Origin: Candidatus Multivoradales bacterium
Lineage (GTDB): Bacteria; Acidobacteriota; Thermoanaerobaculia; Multivoradales; JAHEKO01
Assembly (NCBI GenBank): GCA_965248055.1
Contig: CBDFIJ010000004.1
Coordinates: 1,344,001 to 1,408,000, forward strand
Length of the DNA stretch: 64,000 nucleotides
Direction: 5' to 3'
The translations under genes were made by a program, and so were the position numbers. Of this stretch, positions 30,135 through 40,461 are shown one piece after another. Numbering within the stretch: position 1 is the first letter of the stretch; every line of letters starts with the position of its first letter. A model generated the notes under the pieces. It was given only the letters and a program-made list of their open reading frames with translations, did not search any database and was not told the origin of the DNA.

Positions 30135-31307
30135 TCAATAACGCGGCAAGGTCGGGTCAACCTCGACAGACCAAGCGTCGGTCCCGCCGGTTAGATTTCG
30201 CGCGCGCCGGAACCCCAATTGATGCAGATAGCGAACAGCTTGGGCCGAGCGAATGCCGAGATGGCAATAGATCACCCAGTCCGCGTCGCGATCTAGCTCC
30301 TCGGCTCGTTGCGGTAGTTCCTCCAAAGGCATCGCCAAGGCACCCGATAGCCCGCGGAAGCGCTGTTCAAACGCACTACGCACATCGAGCAAACGAATCG
30401 CTTCTCCGGCGTCGAAGCGCGCCGACAATTCGTGCGGACTAATGTCGAACGACAGGGAGCCCTCCAGTTCGTCGGGGTGCTGGTCCGCTAACTCATCTGC
30501 CGACCCGGCCTCCGGATCCGCAGGGCAATGGTCCGAGAGATCCACCAGCTCGATCTCGCCGCGTCGAGAGCAGGCCGGACACTCTGGGTCTCGCGGCACA
30601 GTGACTTCACGAAAGCTCGCGCCCAGGGCGTCGAATATCAGTAAGCGACCGGACAACGGTTCGCCAATCCCCAGCAGCACTTTGAGCACCTCCACTCCCT
30701 GCAAGCTGCCGATCACCCCGGGCACCACCCCGAGCACCCCAGCGTCGGCGCAACTGTCTACCATCCCCGCCGGAGGTGGCTCGGGAAACAGACAGCGGTA
30801 ACAAGGGCCATCACCCAGACCCCACACGGCGACCTGGCCTTCGAATCGATGTACCGCGCCCCAGACGTCGGGCTTTCCCGCCTGCAGGCACGCGTCGTTG
30901 ACTAAATAACGGGTGGAGAAGTTATCACTGCCGTCGGCGACCAAGTCGTACTGCTCGACCAATCCGGCGATGTCTGCGGCAGTGGTTTTGATGCTGTGTA
31001 GTTCCAGGATGACGTGGGGATTGAGATCGCGCAAACGCTCCGCCGCCACCTCGACCTTGGGGCGATCGACGTCCTCGGTGCCGTAGAGAACTTGGCGCTG
31101 CAAATTGCTCTCGGTCACTCGATCGAATTCAACCAGTCCTAGTCGACCAACGCCGGCGGCCGCCAGGTAAAGCGCCAGCGGCGAACCGAGGCCACCCAGA
31201 CCTACCAAAAGTACACTCGCTTGCTGAAGTTTCAGCTGCCCTTGCTCTCCCACTTCCGGCAGAACCAAGTGACGGCTGTAACGAATTTGTTGCTGCGGAT
31301 TCAGCAC
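30135..31307 (-). CDS. moeB: Molybdopterin-synthase adenylyltransferase with rhodanese domain (MoeB/MoeZ)
   Basis: RYSRH, GLGGLG, SNLQRQ and CYRC; GTG start after GGAGG. Confidence 0.92.
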   Translation of the reverse strand: MLNPQQQIRYSRHLVLPEVGEQGQLKLQQASVLLVGLGGLGSPLALYLAAAGVGRLGLVEFDRVTESNLQRQVLYGTEDVDRPKVEVAAERLRDLNPHVILELHSIKTTAADIAGLVEQYDLVADGSDNFSTRYLVNDACLQAGKPDVWGAVHRFEGQVAVWGLGDGPCYRCLFPEPPPAGMVDSCADAGVLGVVPGVIGSLQGVEVLKVLLGIGEPLSGRLLIFDALGASFREVTVPRDPECPACSRRGEIELVDLSDHCPADPEAGSADELADQHPDELEGSLSFDISPHELSARFDAGEAIRLLDVRSAFEQRFRGLSGALAMPLEELPQRAEELDRDADWVIYCHLGIRSAQAVRYLHQLGFRRARNLTGGTDAWSVEVDPTLPRY

Positions 31308-31436
31308 CGGAAGACCTCCCACAAAGGGAACTAGGCTAACACCACCCTGGTTGCTCAGACTATGTTTTAGTTGCTCTCGACCTGCGTTCGTATGCTCGGT
31401 ATCCTTCGCCTGGAGACAGCTTTGGAGAAGCAGGGA

Positions 31437-32087
31437 ATGAACGATCGAATTCGCAGCGGCTCGGAACGCGTCCCACCCGGTCAATACCTGACCGACAAGT
31501 GGCCAGTCTTGACCTATGGCGAAATCCCGCAAGTTGAAGCCGCCGATTGGACCCTGCGCATCTTTGGCTCAGTAGAACAAGAAATCTGCTGGTCCTGGGA
31601 GCCGTTCCAGAGTCTTCCCCGTTTCGATCTGACCGCTGACTTCCACTGCGTCACCCGCTTTTCCACCCTCGACAACCCCTGGTCCGGGGTCGCCACGCGC
31701 ACCCTGGTCGCAGCGGTCCAACCCGAACCCAGTGCCACCTTTGTCACCGTCCACTGTTATGGCGGATACACCACCAATCTGCCGCTCGAAGACTTTCTTT
31801 CTGAGCGCGCCCTGGTCGCTGATCGACACGCCGATTTATCGCTTGCTGGAGACCATGGGGGACCAGCCCGACTGATCGTTCCCCATCTCTACGCCTGGAA
31901 GAGTGCCAAATGGGTTTCAGGCATCGAGCTACGAACCGAGAATCAACGCGGATTTTGGGAGAAAGCCGGATATCATTCTTACGGTGACCCATGGAGCGAA
32001 CAACGTTTCTCATCGCAGGAAACCCAACACGCCTATCAAGTCCGTCGACGGGCCGATGAACTCGGTCTAGTGCTCGGCGCCGACTAG
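31437..32087 (+). CDS. Sulfite oxidase-like molybdopterin oxidoreductase
   Basis: RVPPGQ, DFHCVT, WKSAKW and GFWE. Confidence 0.9.
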   Translation: MNDRIRSGSERVPPGQYLTDKWPVLTYGEIPQVEAADWTLRIFGSVEQEICWSWEPFQSLPRFDLTADFHCVTRFSTLDNPWSGVATRTLVAAVQPEPSATFVTVHCYGGYTTNLPLEDFLSERALVADRHADLSLAGDHGGPARLIVPHLYAWKSAKWVSGIELRTENQRGFWEKAGYHSYGDPWSEQRFSSQETQHAYQVRRRADELGLVLGAD

Positions 32088-32176
32088 CCCTCTCAAGCAA
32101 CAACGCCACCTCAGATAACGGCAAGACGACTTGGACAAAATTCTTCCGACCAACCTTCACCCTGGAGAATTCATCG

Positions 32177-33502
32177 ATGAAGCAACCGAACGTCTTTGAA
32201 GATTCGCTCGCCCGCTTGGAGCAGATTGCCAGCGCTGCCGGGGTGGGCCCCGAAGTGGTCGCTGCGCTGCGCCAACCCAAAGCGACACAAATAGCCTCCT
32301 TGCCCGTGCGCCGAGACGACGGCTCCACCGACTACTTCCAGGCCTACCGTTGTCGTTACAACGACGCCCTCGGACCAACCAAGGGCGGCATTCGCTTCCA
32401 CCCCAACGTCACCATCGAAGAAGTTCAAGCGCTGGCGCTGTGGATGACTTTGAAGTGTGCAGTGGTTGGCATTCCCTACGGCGGCGGCAAGGGTGGGGTC
32501 ACGGTAAACCCCAAGTCGCTTTCGCGGATGGAGCTAGAGCGCTTGTCTCGTGCCTACATTCGGGCGATGGCGGATTTCATCGGCCCGGACACTGACATTC
32601 CAGCGCCCGACGTCTACACCGACGCTCGGATCATGGGCTGGATGGCCGACGAGTACCAGATGATCAAGCGGGTCAAAGCACCGGCTGTGATCACCGGAAA
32701 ACCGATCGCATTGGGTGGCAGCCTCGGGCGAGATGAAGCCACCGGTCGTGGCGCCTACTTGGTCACTAAGGCGTGGGCCGACCGCGTTGGGGTGCTGTCC
32801 CAAGGAACTCGCGTGGCGATACAAGGATTTGGCAACGCGGGCTACCACTTCGCCCGCCTGATGGAACAGGACGGCTACTGCATCCAAGCGGTGAGTGATT
32901 CGCGCGGTGGCATCTATGCTGCCGGTGGCGTGGATATCGAGGAAGTCGCCCGAATCAAAGCCGCCGAGGGCACGGTGCGCGCGGTACCCGGGGTCGAGTC
33001 CATTTCTAACGACGAACTGCTTCGTTTGGACGTCGAGATCCTCGCACCCTCTGCTCTGGAATCCGTGATCGGCGGTTGGAACGTGTCCAGAATCCAAGCC
33101 AAAACCATCGTCGAAGTCGCCAACGGTCCGGTGACCTCGGAAGCCGATGCCGCGCTTGAGGCGGCAGGACAAACGGTTCTGCCCGATGTCTTGATCAATG
33201 CTGGCGGGGTTACGGTTAGCTACTTTGAATGGGTGCAGAACCGCCAGGGGCGTTCTTGGTCTCTGGAGAAGGTACGCCAAGAACTCGCGACCACCATGGC
33301 CGAGGCGTTTGAAGGTGTTTGGAAGTTGGTGGAAGACCGCGGCGTCTCGCCTCGGTCTGCTGCCTACACGCTAGCGATTGAGCGCATTGGTCAAGCAATT
33401 CAGGCGCACGGAACCCGGGAGTACTTCTCGAGCCGTCCTGCCGAAGCCAGAGATGTAGGCGTGAAAGTCGAAGAAAAAATCGCGGTTACGACAGCGGGCT
33501 AA
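32177..33502 (+). CDS. gdhA: Glu/Leu/Phe/Val dehydrogenase (glutamate dehydrogenase)
   Basis: GPTKGGIRFHP, GGGKGG, DIPAPD, QGFGNAG and SYFEWVQN. Confidence 0.9.
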   Translation: MKQPNVFEDSLARLEQIASAAGVGPEVVAALRQPKATQIASLPVRRDDGSTDYFQAYRCRYNDALGPTKGGIRFHPNVTIEEVQALALWMTLKCAVVGIPYGGGKGGVTVNPKSLSRMELERLSRAYIRAMADFIGPDTDIPAPDVYTDARIMGWMADEYQMIKRVKAPAVITGKPIALGGSLGRDEATGRGAYLVTKAWADRVGVLSQGTRVAIQGFGNAGYHFARLMEQDGYCIQAVSDSRGGIYAAGGVDIEEVARIKAAEGTVRAVPGVESISNDELLRLDVEILAPSALESVIGGWNVSRIQAKTIVEVANGPVTSEADAALEAAGQTVLPDVLINAGGVTVSYFEWVQNRQGRSWSLEKVRQELATTMAEAFEGVWKLVEDRGVSPRSAAYTLAIERIGQAIQAHGTREYFSSRPAEARDVGVKVEEKIAVTTAG

Positions 33503-34337
33503 AGAAGCTCCACACCACTGCCAGCAGTGAGACGCCGGCCAACACCAGCCCGGTAAGTAGCTGATCGGCGCGTTCCGGTTTGTAGGGGTCCATCAGCCGG
33601 GCGATGGCATAGCCGCCAACGAAACCACCCAGATGCGCCCAGTTGTCGACGTGGGGAATGAAGGCGCTCAATACGAACAGGGCGATCGCGTACTGCCACA
33701 TGGTCCGACCCAAGCTGGAAGCAATGCCACGACGTCCAGCGTAGACCACCGCGCCAAGCAAGCCGAAGATCGCCGCCGAAGCGCCCACCGTCACATGCCC
33801 TGATCCCATAAGCGAGGCAAGCAAGCCGCTGTTCGTTTTGTAGGTCAAGAAACCCATGCCGGTGGAGGTCATAAACCCCGCCACAGAAGACAGGATCAAC
33901 AACGTCAAAGAACGACCGGTGCCATAAATGGCCGCGGTCACAGGCACCAACTGTCGCAGCCACATCACGTTGAAAAAGATGTGCAGCAAGCCCCCGTGCA
34001 GCCACCCCGCAGACAACACCGTCCACCATCGTCCGTATTCAATCACCGGAACCCAGCTGCTGGCTCCGAAGCGCATGATCGAATCAAACCCAGGCGACAG
34101 CATGCCGAGCAAACCACCGCCCCGGATGGCACTGAGGTCGTAGACCAAGGTCAAGACATACAGCAGGACACAGACCCCAACCACCACCTGCGTGACGCCA
34201 AAATCTCCACCCATGCGTTGCAACTTGGTCGCCAACCCGAACATTCCCGGGCGCACGCGTCCACAAAATGGGCACTTGTCGGCCGAGGAGGAGACGAGCT
34301 TGCCGCACGAGGGACAGATGATGGAGCCGGTTGCCAT
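33486..34337 (-). CDS. Rhomboid intramembrane serine protease with N-terminal zinc ribbon
   Basis: CPSC...CPFC, HIFFN, GASAA and AHLGG. Confidence 0.9.
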   Translation of the reverse strand: MATGSIICPSCGKLVSSSADKCPFCGRVRPGMFGLATKLQRMGGDFGVTQVVVGVCVLLYVLTLVYDLSAIRGGGLLGMLSPGFDSIMRFGASSWVPVIEYGRWWTVLSAGWLHGGLLHIFFNVMWLRQLVPVTAAIYGTGRSLTLLILSSVAGFMTSTGMGFLTYKTNSGLLASLMGSGHVTVGASAAIFGLLGAVVYAGRRGIASSLGRTMWQYAIALFVLSAFIPHVDNWAHLGGFVGGYAIARLMDPYKPERADQLLTGLVLAGVSLLAVVWSFFSPLS

Positions 34338-34387
34338 GGCTGCGGAGTCTATCCCGTCTCGATCATCGACAAGTGCGACGTCAACGT

Positions 34388-35040
34388 TTAGCCCAGCGCT
34401 TGTTGCGCCAAGGCCGCGCGCGCGTCTTTTCCGTACCTTTTGCTCACCGGGAAGCTCTGCCCCGTCTCGCATCTCGACTATCTGGCGAGTCCCGGAACTG
34501 CGGAACTCTCGCAGTTTGTCGGTGTTTGCCAGAAAGCTACGGTGCAAGCGTACGAACTGCTCCTCTGGGAGTTGCTCCATGACCGCCTTCAGCGAGCTAC
34601 GGAGCAAGTATCTATTGCCCATCGAATGAACCCTGACGTAATTGCCAGCCGCCTCTAGGTAGTCAATTTCCTTTATCGCGATCAGACGCTCGCCATTTTG
34701 GGTTGGGACCGCCAAACTACGTGGCTGCGCCACGGCATCGACCGGCGCTTGCGCAGTGGGCAGCCTGTCCTTGCGAAAGTAGAGCTGCAAGGCCGCGATC
34801 AAGACCAGCCCCAAATAGATCTTGAGATCCTTCTGATATTCGAAAAATAGATTTCCCAGATGGCTATAGGCGACCTGATAGCCCATTCCTAGTCTGGGAT
34901 AGAGCGCGGCGCGCAAGATCACCATCAGGAAGTAGTGCCCAAGGGTAAAGATCACGCTGCCGACTAGGTAAACAGGGAGCGCAAAAAGTCGCAGCTTGGA
35001 GAAAGGGAACTTCCGTACCCAGAAGATGACAAAAGCAGCT
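34388..35040 (-). pseudogene. Membrane LytTR-domain regulator, 5'-truncated and frameshifted
   Basis: AAGNYV...FVRLHRS; an extra base near 34450 bypasses the natural TAA at 34388; the frame is open up to the RAYT end at 35041 with no convincing start. Confidence 0.75.
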
Positions 35041-35148
35041 CTCCCCTAAGTGCCAGATGAGATGAGTCGGTCGGTCTCCAAGCTGGGACAATGTGCCAGT
35101 TTGGATCAACCAAAGAAATCGGCATCTAGCCGAGAAAGGAGACCGACC

Positions 35149-36162
35149 ATGGAGTATCTTGGCATTGACGTTCACTCAAAGTACAGCGAGGTATGTGGGA
35201 TATCTCAGGAGGGTGAGGTGACGGTTCGTCGTCGGATTTCGACGACGGAGACGTCGATCCGTGGGTTCTTCGGTTCTCGTGAGCGTGCACAAGTGACGCT
35301 GGAGAGCGGTCCGGTGACGCCGTGGGTATATCGGTTGCTGTGTGATCTAGGTCATGCGGTAACGGTAGTCAATCCCCGGCGAGTGCGTTTGATTGCCGAA
35401 TCGACACTAAAGACCGACGGCATTGATGCCGAGGTTTTAGCTCGGCTGAGCCGATTAGACCTGGGGTTTCTGCGTCCGGTGTATCAGCGAAGCCCTGAGG
35501 CCCAGGAGCTTCGCACTCGTTTACGGGTGCGATCGGCTCTGGTTAAGTCTCGGACTTCGTTGATCAACGCGGTACGTGGGACTCTGCGTGCTCAGGGCTA
35601 CCGGATGCCTTCGTGTGCGGCCAAGATTTTCATGGTGCGTTACGAATCGATGGGATTCGATTCGGGAGTATCAGAGGCCCTGGCTCCCTTGGTATCGACG
35701 ATCGGTGAGCTGTCGGATCGGATCTGTGAGCTAGAGAATGACCTGAAAGCTCAAGCAAGTACCGATGAGCTTCTCGTTCGTCTGCAGACAGTGCCCGGGG
35801 TAGGGCCTCTGGTGAGCTTGGCTTTTGCCGGCTGGGTAGACAATCCAGATCGGTTTCAAAAGAGTCGAGATGTTGGAGCATGCCTGGGCTTGAGGCCCTC
35901 GCTTCGCAGCTCAGGAGGGCATGAGATCCGTGGCCGGATCACTCGGGAGGGGGATAGCGAGATGCGCCGACTCCTGGTCCAGGCTGCGCATGCATCTTTA
36001 CAGTGTCACAAGGACTCAGCGCTCAAGCGCTGGGGTGAGGGTTTGGTGGCAAGGCTAGGTAAGAGCAAAGCAGTGGTAGCGCTGGCTAGAAAGATCGGAG
36101 TCCTACTGCATAGGTTGTGGGTCACAAACGAGAATTTCCAGCCGTTTCCACAAGCCACATAA
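35149..36162 (+). CDS. IS110-family DEDD recombinase/transposase
   Basis: YLGIDVH, KTDGIDA, VPGVGP, GLRPSLRSSG and ALARK. Confidence 0.95.
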   Translation: MEYLGIDVHSKYSEVCGISQEGEVTVRRRISTTETSIRGFFGSRERAQVTLESGPVTPWVYRLLCDLGHAVTVVNPRRVRLIAESTLKTDGIDAEVLARLSRLDLGFLRPVYQRSPEAQELRTRLRVRSALVKSRTSLINAVRGTLRAQGYRMPSCAAKIFMVRYESMGFDSGVSEALAPLVSTIGELSDRICELENDLKAQASTDELLVRLQTVPGVGPLVSLAFAGWVDNPDRFQKSRDVGACLGLRPSLRSSGGHEIRGRITREGDSEMRRLLVQAAHASLQCHKDSALKRWGEGLVARLGKSKAVVALARKIGVLLHRLWVTNENFQPFPQAT

Positions 36163-36421
36163 GCGAGGATTCGAAGTAAGAAAGCAAGAGAAATCAGTCA
36201 TGAGTTTCAAAGGACGGATGAAAAGTTTCGATGACTCCGATAAATGGGTTGGAGGCTGGGACTCCGCGTGCCAGATGGGAGCATCGAATTTCCTCAACAG
36301 ACGGAAAACTCACCATGCACCGGTCCAAAGACGGACCCAAGAGAGTGCGAATAGAAGCTCGTCCTGAGGTTAGATCCGAATCTAAAGAACGCATGATCGA
36401 TGGAAAGAAAACCCTTGACTG
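36163..36421 (+). ncRNA. Candidate bridge/seek RNA region of the IS1111 element
   Basis: Long 3' non-coding region containing GTGCCAG (36268, left target plus core) and ATAGAAG (36351, left donor plus core). Confidence 0.65.
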
Positions 36422-36486
36422 GACCGCCCGACTCATAGAAGCCGATTACTTGCAAGGTTGGGAACCTACGTTGCGTCTCCATTCCT

Positions 36487-37374
36487 ATGAGCCGCCGACT
36501 TCGATTCATCCCACCCGGTGGGGCGCTGGTAGAAATCACCTGCCGTACCTTTCAAGGGCGTTACCTCCTCAAGCCGTCTCCCGCTGTCAATCGGTGCATC
36601 CTGGGGATTCTCGGGCGGGCTCAGAGACTCTACCCCACCGAGGTCCATGCCTTTGTATTCATGTCGAATCACTACCATCTCTTGGTCTCAGTACCCGACG
36701 CTCAGCGCATGGCGCAATTCGTCGGCTACCTCAACAGCAATCTGGGACGCGAGTTGGGCAGAATGCATGGATGGAACGGGAAGTTTTGGGATCGCCGTTA
36801 TCAGGCCATCGTAGTCAGCGAAGAGGAAGCGGCTCAAGTGGCTCGACTTAAATACCTGTTGAGCCAAGGAGTCAAAGAGCGCTTAGTTAGACGTCCCACT
36901 GACTGGCCAGGTCTCCATGCTGCCAAGATCCTCCTGGCTAGTAATAGCACGATCACAGGCCGCTGGCGCGACCGAACACGCGAGTACCACGCCAGAGGAG
37001 CAGGCAATACGCAGGTATTTATGTGTATCGAACGACTCCACCTAACGCCCCTTCCATGTTGGCGTGATCAAACTACGCTTTGGATGCGACAACGAGTTCA
37101 AGAACTCGTCGACCTAGTCTGTGAAGAGAATTCCGGCCAAATCGTTGGAGATCCGCCCAATCCCAAACCCACCAAGCGTCCTGCCAGAATCAAGAGATCC
37201 CCAGTTCCACTTTTTCACTGTGCCACCAAGGCAGCCCGCAAAGCACTCTACGAAGCCTACTCCTGGTTTGTTGCCGCCTACAGGGATGCTTGTGAGCGAC
37301 TCAAAGCTGGGCACGAAAACGCCACCTTCCCTCCGGGATCGTTCCCACCGCCCAGACCATTCGTTCCTGTCTAG
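36487..37374 (+). CDS. RAYT-like HUH Y1 transposase, full copy 1
   Basis: HAFVFMSNHYHLL (HUH), FWDRRY and KYLLSQGVKE...PTDWPG. Confidence 0.88.
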   Translation: MSRRLRFIPPGGALVEITCRTFQGRYLLKPSPAVNRCILGILGRAQRLYPTEVHAFVFMSNHYHLLVSVPDAQRMAQFVGYLNSNLGRELGRMHGWNGKFWDRRYQAIVVSEEEAAQVARLKYLLSQGVKERLVRRPTDWPGLHAAKILLASNSTITGRWRDRTREYHARGAGNTQVFMCIERLHLTPLPCWRDQTTLWMRQRVQELVDLVCEENSGQIVGDPPNPKPTKRPARIKRSPVPLFHCATKAARKALYEAYSWFVAAYRDACERLKAGHENATFPPGSFPPPRPFVPV

Positions 37375-37609
37375 CTAATTACCGCTCGGTTTGGGCTGAA
37401 CCGGCACTTAGGAGAGGTATGTCCAATCTGAGTCTCTCCCTGTCTAAGAGCTCGATCCCGGAGTCAGAGTTCCGTTCCGGTGTGATTCCGGCCACCAACT
37501 GGGGAGCGCAGATGCGCCGACAACCGAGCTTCAGGAGGTGCTTCCAGACCTCTCAATAATCGCCTGGGACCTCAGTCAGGTACCTCGGCCCAACTCTTTC
37601 TTCGCACCT

Positions 37610-38101
37610 CTACCTAGAATGCACCATTCCAGAGTCCTTCGATACTGAATCAACTCTGACGTACTCCATGACGAGAGAAACTGACTCCTCTCCCCCAACT
37701 CGAACGGACAAGCCCAACACACACGCATCCAAGTCCTCGAAGAGATCAGCTTCCGAAAGATCGTCCCATCTGATGAAGGCGGACTGAGTTGCACCCCGTT
37801 CGACCACACACCTTCTCTCACACGAACCCTTATGAACACGTGCTTCGGATTTTGCTGTTGAACCGTCAACACGCGCAACTTCGCCGCACCGGTTAGTCAC
37901 AAGTACGTTATGCAAGAGCGGTGGAGGCGAGGGAGCAAAGACAGTAATAGGTTGCCACCGAATGTCTAGGCACTCAGTACTCACCTGGCAATCTACAGAA
38001 GGCTGCCCGGAACAGACCGGACGAAACTCTACCCACCGATCACAACCACAGACTACAAGTAGGACTACGCCCATGGTCCATATCGTCTTTGTCACGGGCA
38101 T
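37610..38101 (-). CDS. Putative immunity lipoprotein
   Basis: Overlaps the toxin-tip stop; hydrophobic leader ending VCGC. Confidence 0.7.
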   Translation of the reverse strand: MPVTKTIWTMGVVLLVVCGCDRWVEFRPVCSGQPSVDCQVSTECLDIRWQPITVFAPSPPPLLHNVLVTNRCGEVARVDGSTAKSEARVHKGSCERRCVVERGATQSAFIRWDDLSEADLFEDLDACVLGLSVRVGGEESVSLVMEYVRVDSVSKDSGMVHSR

Positions 38102-38891
38102 GGATTTCCTACTTCACCTAGGACCATTGCAGCGTGTCCAATTGCCTGAGCTTCATATTCGTTGTCAACGTACGCATCCATACCTCTCAACCAAGCCCTG
38201 GTCGACGCTCCTAAGTACCTAGGGGCGAAGGAATAAACACCTCCGGCAAACTCACCGGCTTGATCACTATGAGTCAGTTCGTGGGCCACCAAGAGTGCAC
38301 TAGACTCCAGCTGGTCATAGGCGTCCTTGGCAAGGTAGATATCTGATCCAAGTGTAATCCCTCCCCAGTCCTCTTCTGACATCCCAGGTAGCAGTCCACG
38401 ATGGATCGTAACCGTTGAAAGGTTTATCGAGTAGTACGGCTGGAAAGAAGCCGAATAACAGTCCGGCAATAGCTTACTACCATCTGGATTCTGCTTGTTC
38501 TTCAAGTTTTGACCCCCAATCGTATCTTTGTCGCCAGCATCGTTGACTTGTGTCGGAACACCCACTGGGTTGTTTGAGAAGAAAGATAGGAGGATAGATG
38601 CGGACACCTCGGGCGGGGGAGCCGACCCTTGGATCTCATGGTAATCAGTTGGACCTGCAATCCCGGATGCTATGTCAAGCGCGGCTTCCCTGGAGAGGGC
38701 CACCTGAGAAACGTGGTAAGAAATGGGCTCCAGGCCATTGGGATCAAAGTACGTGATAACACCTCCTCTGGCATACCCATACCGATTCCAACTCCCCCCA
38801 CTTCCAGTATTGCCCAACACAGGGTCGACGCTCATAAACCTCCCTAAGTGGTTCGTATAAAACCTCGCATGCATGTAATCCATCCCAGTAT
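38092..38891 (-). pseudogene. Orphan Rhs core end plus HExxH (DUF4157-like) tip, cut by IS256
   Basis: DYMHARFY...WNRYGY...FDPNG, then GITLG...AHELTHSDQ. Confidence 0.85.
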
Positions 38892-40260
38892 GAGATATAA
38901 CCGAAAGTTGTGTATGAGAGTTTGAAGGCGGCGTATCCTGAGCCCGGTTTTCAAAGCTGGGTTCAATCATCCCAAAAGGAGGATACGCCGTTGAGCAAGA
39001 GTAACGTAGTTTCAATCGATCAAGTAGAACGTCCTGAGGACGCTCTGAGTGAGGTCTTGCGCCGAGGTTCACGGTTGCTTCTTTGCGAAGCAATCGAGGC
39101 AGAGGTGGAGAGTTTTTTGGTTGAGTACCAAGATCAACGTACGGCGGTCGGTCACCGGCGGTTGGTGAGAAACGGCTACATGCCAGAGCGGGAGATCCAG
39201 ACCGGAATCGGCGGCATTTCGGTCAAAGTGCCACGGGTGCGGGATCGCCAGGGTGAGCTTCATTTTCGCTCCAATCTAGTGCCACCGTATCTGCGCCGGT
39301 CCAAGAGCATCGCGGATCTCTTGCCCTGGCTATACTTACGGGGGATTTCTACCGGGGACTTCTCACGAGCTCTGGAAGTTTTGGTGGGCCCTGAAGCGCC
39401 AGGTCTTTCGTCTTCGACGGTGAGCCGCCTCAAACGCGTCTGGGGCCAGGAGTACAGCGAATGGCGGCAGCGCGATCTTTCGTCCAAGCGCTACGTCTAT
39501 GTATGGGCTGACGGCATTTACTGCAAGGCTCGCCTGGATAACGCCAAGCTCTGCTTGCTGGTGTTAATTGGTGCCACTGCGGACGGCAACAAAGAACTGA
39601 TCGCTGTTGAAGACGGTTACCGGGAGAGTGAGGCGTCATGGCTGGAGCTGTTGCGAGGCCTGGAAGCAAGAGGCCTTACATTCGAGCCTAAGATCGCAAT
39701 CGGTGACGGCAATCTGGGTTTCTGGAAGGCTCTGGCTCAGGTGTGGGGAAATACCAAGACCCAGCGCTGCTGGGTCCACAAGACGGCCAACGTCTTGAAT
39801 AAGCTCCCCAAGGCGATCCAGCCCAAGGCCAAGCAGGCAATCCACCAAATCTGGATGGCGCAGACACGTCACGATGCCGAGAGGGCTTTTGATGCATTCC
39901 AGGCAATCTACCAAGCTAAATATCCGAAAGCAGTCCAGTGCTTGGTCAAAGATCGCGTCCAGCTACTCGCTTTCTACGATTTCCCGGCTGAGCACTGGGT
40001 GCATTTGAGGACCACCAACCCAATCGAATCAACTTTTGCTACCGTACGCTTGAGAACCTCCAAAACCCGGGGCTGTCTGTCGCGAGAAACCATGCTCTCG
40101 ATGGTCTTCAAGCTGTGCCAAAGCGCAGAAAAACGATGGCGGAGGCTACAGGGCTACAGGCGCATTGCCGAAGTCGTTGAAGGTCTCCAGTTCGTGGACG
40201 GAGAAAAACAAAAACAGATCGCCGCCTGATGGCTCAATACACAACTTTTGACAATAACTC
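38892..40260 (+). mobile_element. IS256-family element, copy 1 (transposase 38991-40229)
   Basis: TIRs GAGATATAACCGAAAGTTGTGTAT / ATACACAACTTTTGACAATAACTC; WADG, QRCWVHK and TTNPIES; no target duplication. Confidence 0.93.
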
Positions 40261-40370
40261 CCATTGCTACCCCAGGTGGTCATGTTTCCGGAGGCGTCGT
40301 AACCGGCCACTGACAGCCGGTTGGTGTTGGCGTTAACCGCAATGGTGGTGGTTTGACATACCTCCAACAT
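40261..40370 (-). pseudogene. 5' stub of an orphan Rhs cassette
   Basis: MLEVCQTTTIAVN..TNRLS...GNMTTWGSNG, interrupted by IS256. Confidence 0.8.
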
Positions 40371-40461
40371 TCGGGTGGCACCTTTCCGGCCCGCACCGGA
40401 CCTCTTTAGAGCACCTACTTAGACATGTCCAACGATTGGTGTCCACCTCTACCAACAAACA

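Larger units (their letters stand above)
35055..36439 (+). mobile_element. IS110-family element, IS1111 subgroup
   Basis: Sub-terminal IRs ATGAGTCGGTCGGTC (35062-35076) and GACCGCCCGACTCAT (36422-36436), set 7 and 3 bp in from the ends; AG core on both sides; empty site visible at 53791-53810. Confidence 0.9.

Noticed and set aside
33486-34955. 489-aa LytTR-rhomboid fusion protein
   Set aside because: A one-base frameshift near 34450 explains it; the shifted frame gives a natural LytTR ending (PVSKRY...TAA at 34388) and the rhomboid has its own ATG at 34337
36231-36851. ORF spanning the IS110 right end and the RAYT start
   Set aside because: It crosses an insertion junction and overlaps the RAYT gene out of frame
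37555-37580. Motif A as a classical REP or attC site
   Set aside because: It has no GTAG-type tetranucleotide with a palindromic stem and no RYYYAAC/GTTRRRY boxes
38892-39093. N-terminal extensions of ORFs 38092-39093, 55365-55817, 45423-46190, 56860-57234 and 44184-44945
   Set aside because: They are read-through into IS256 ends, RAYT trailers or junction DNA, not real starts
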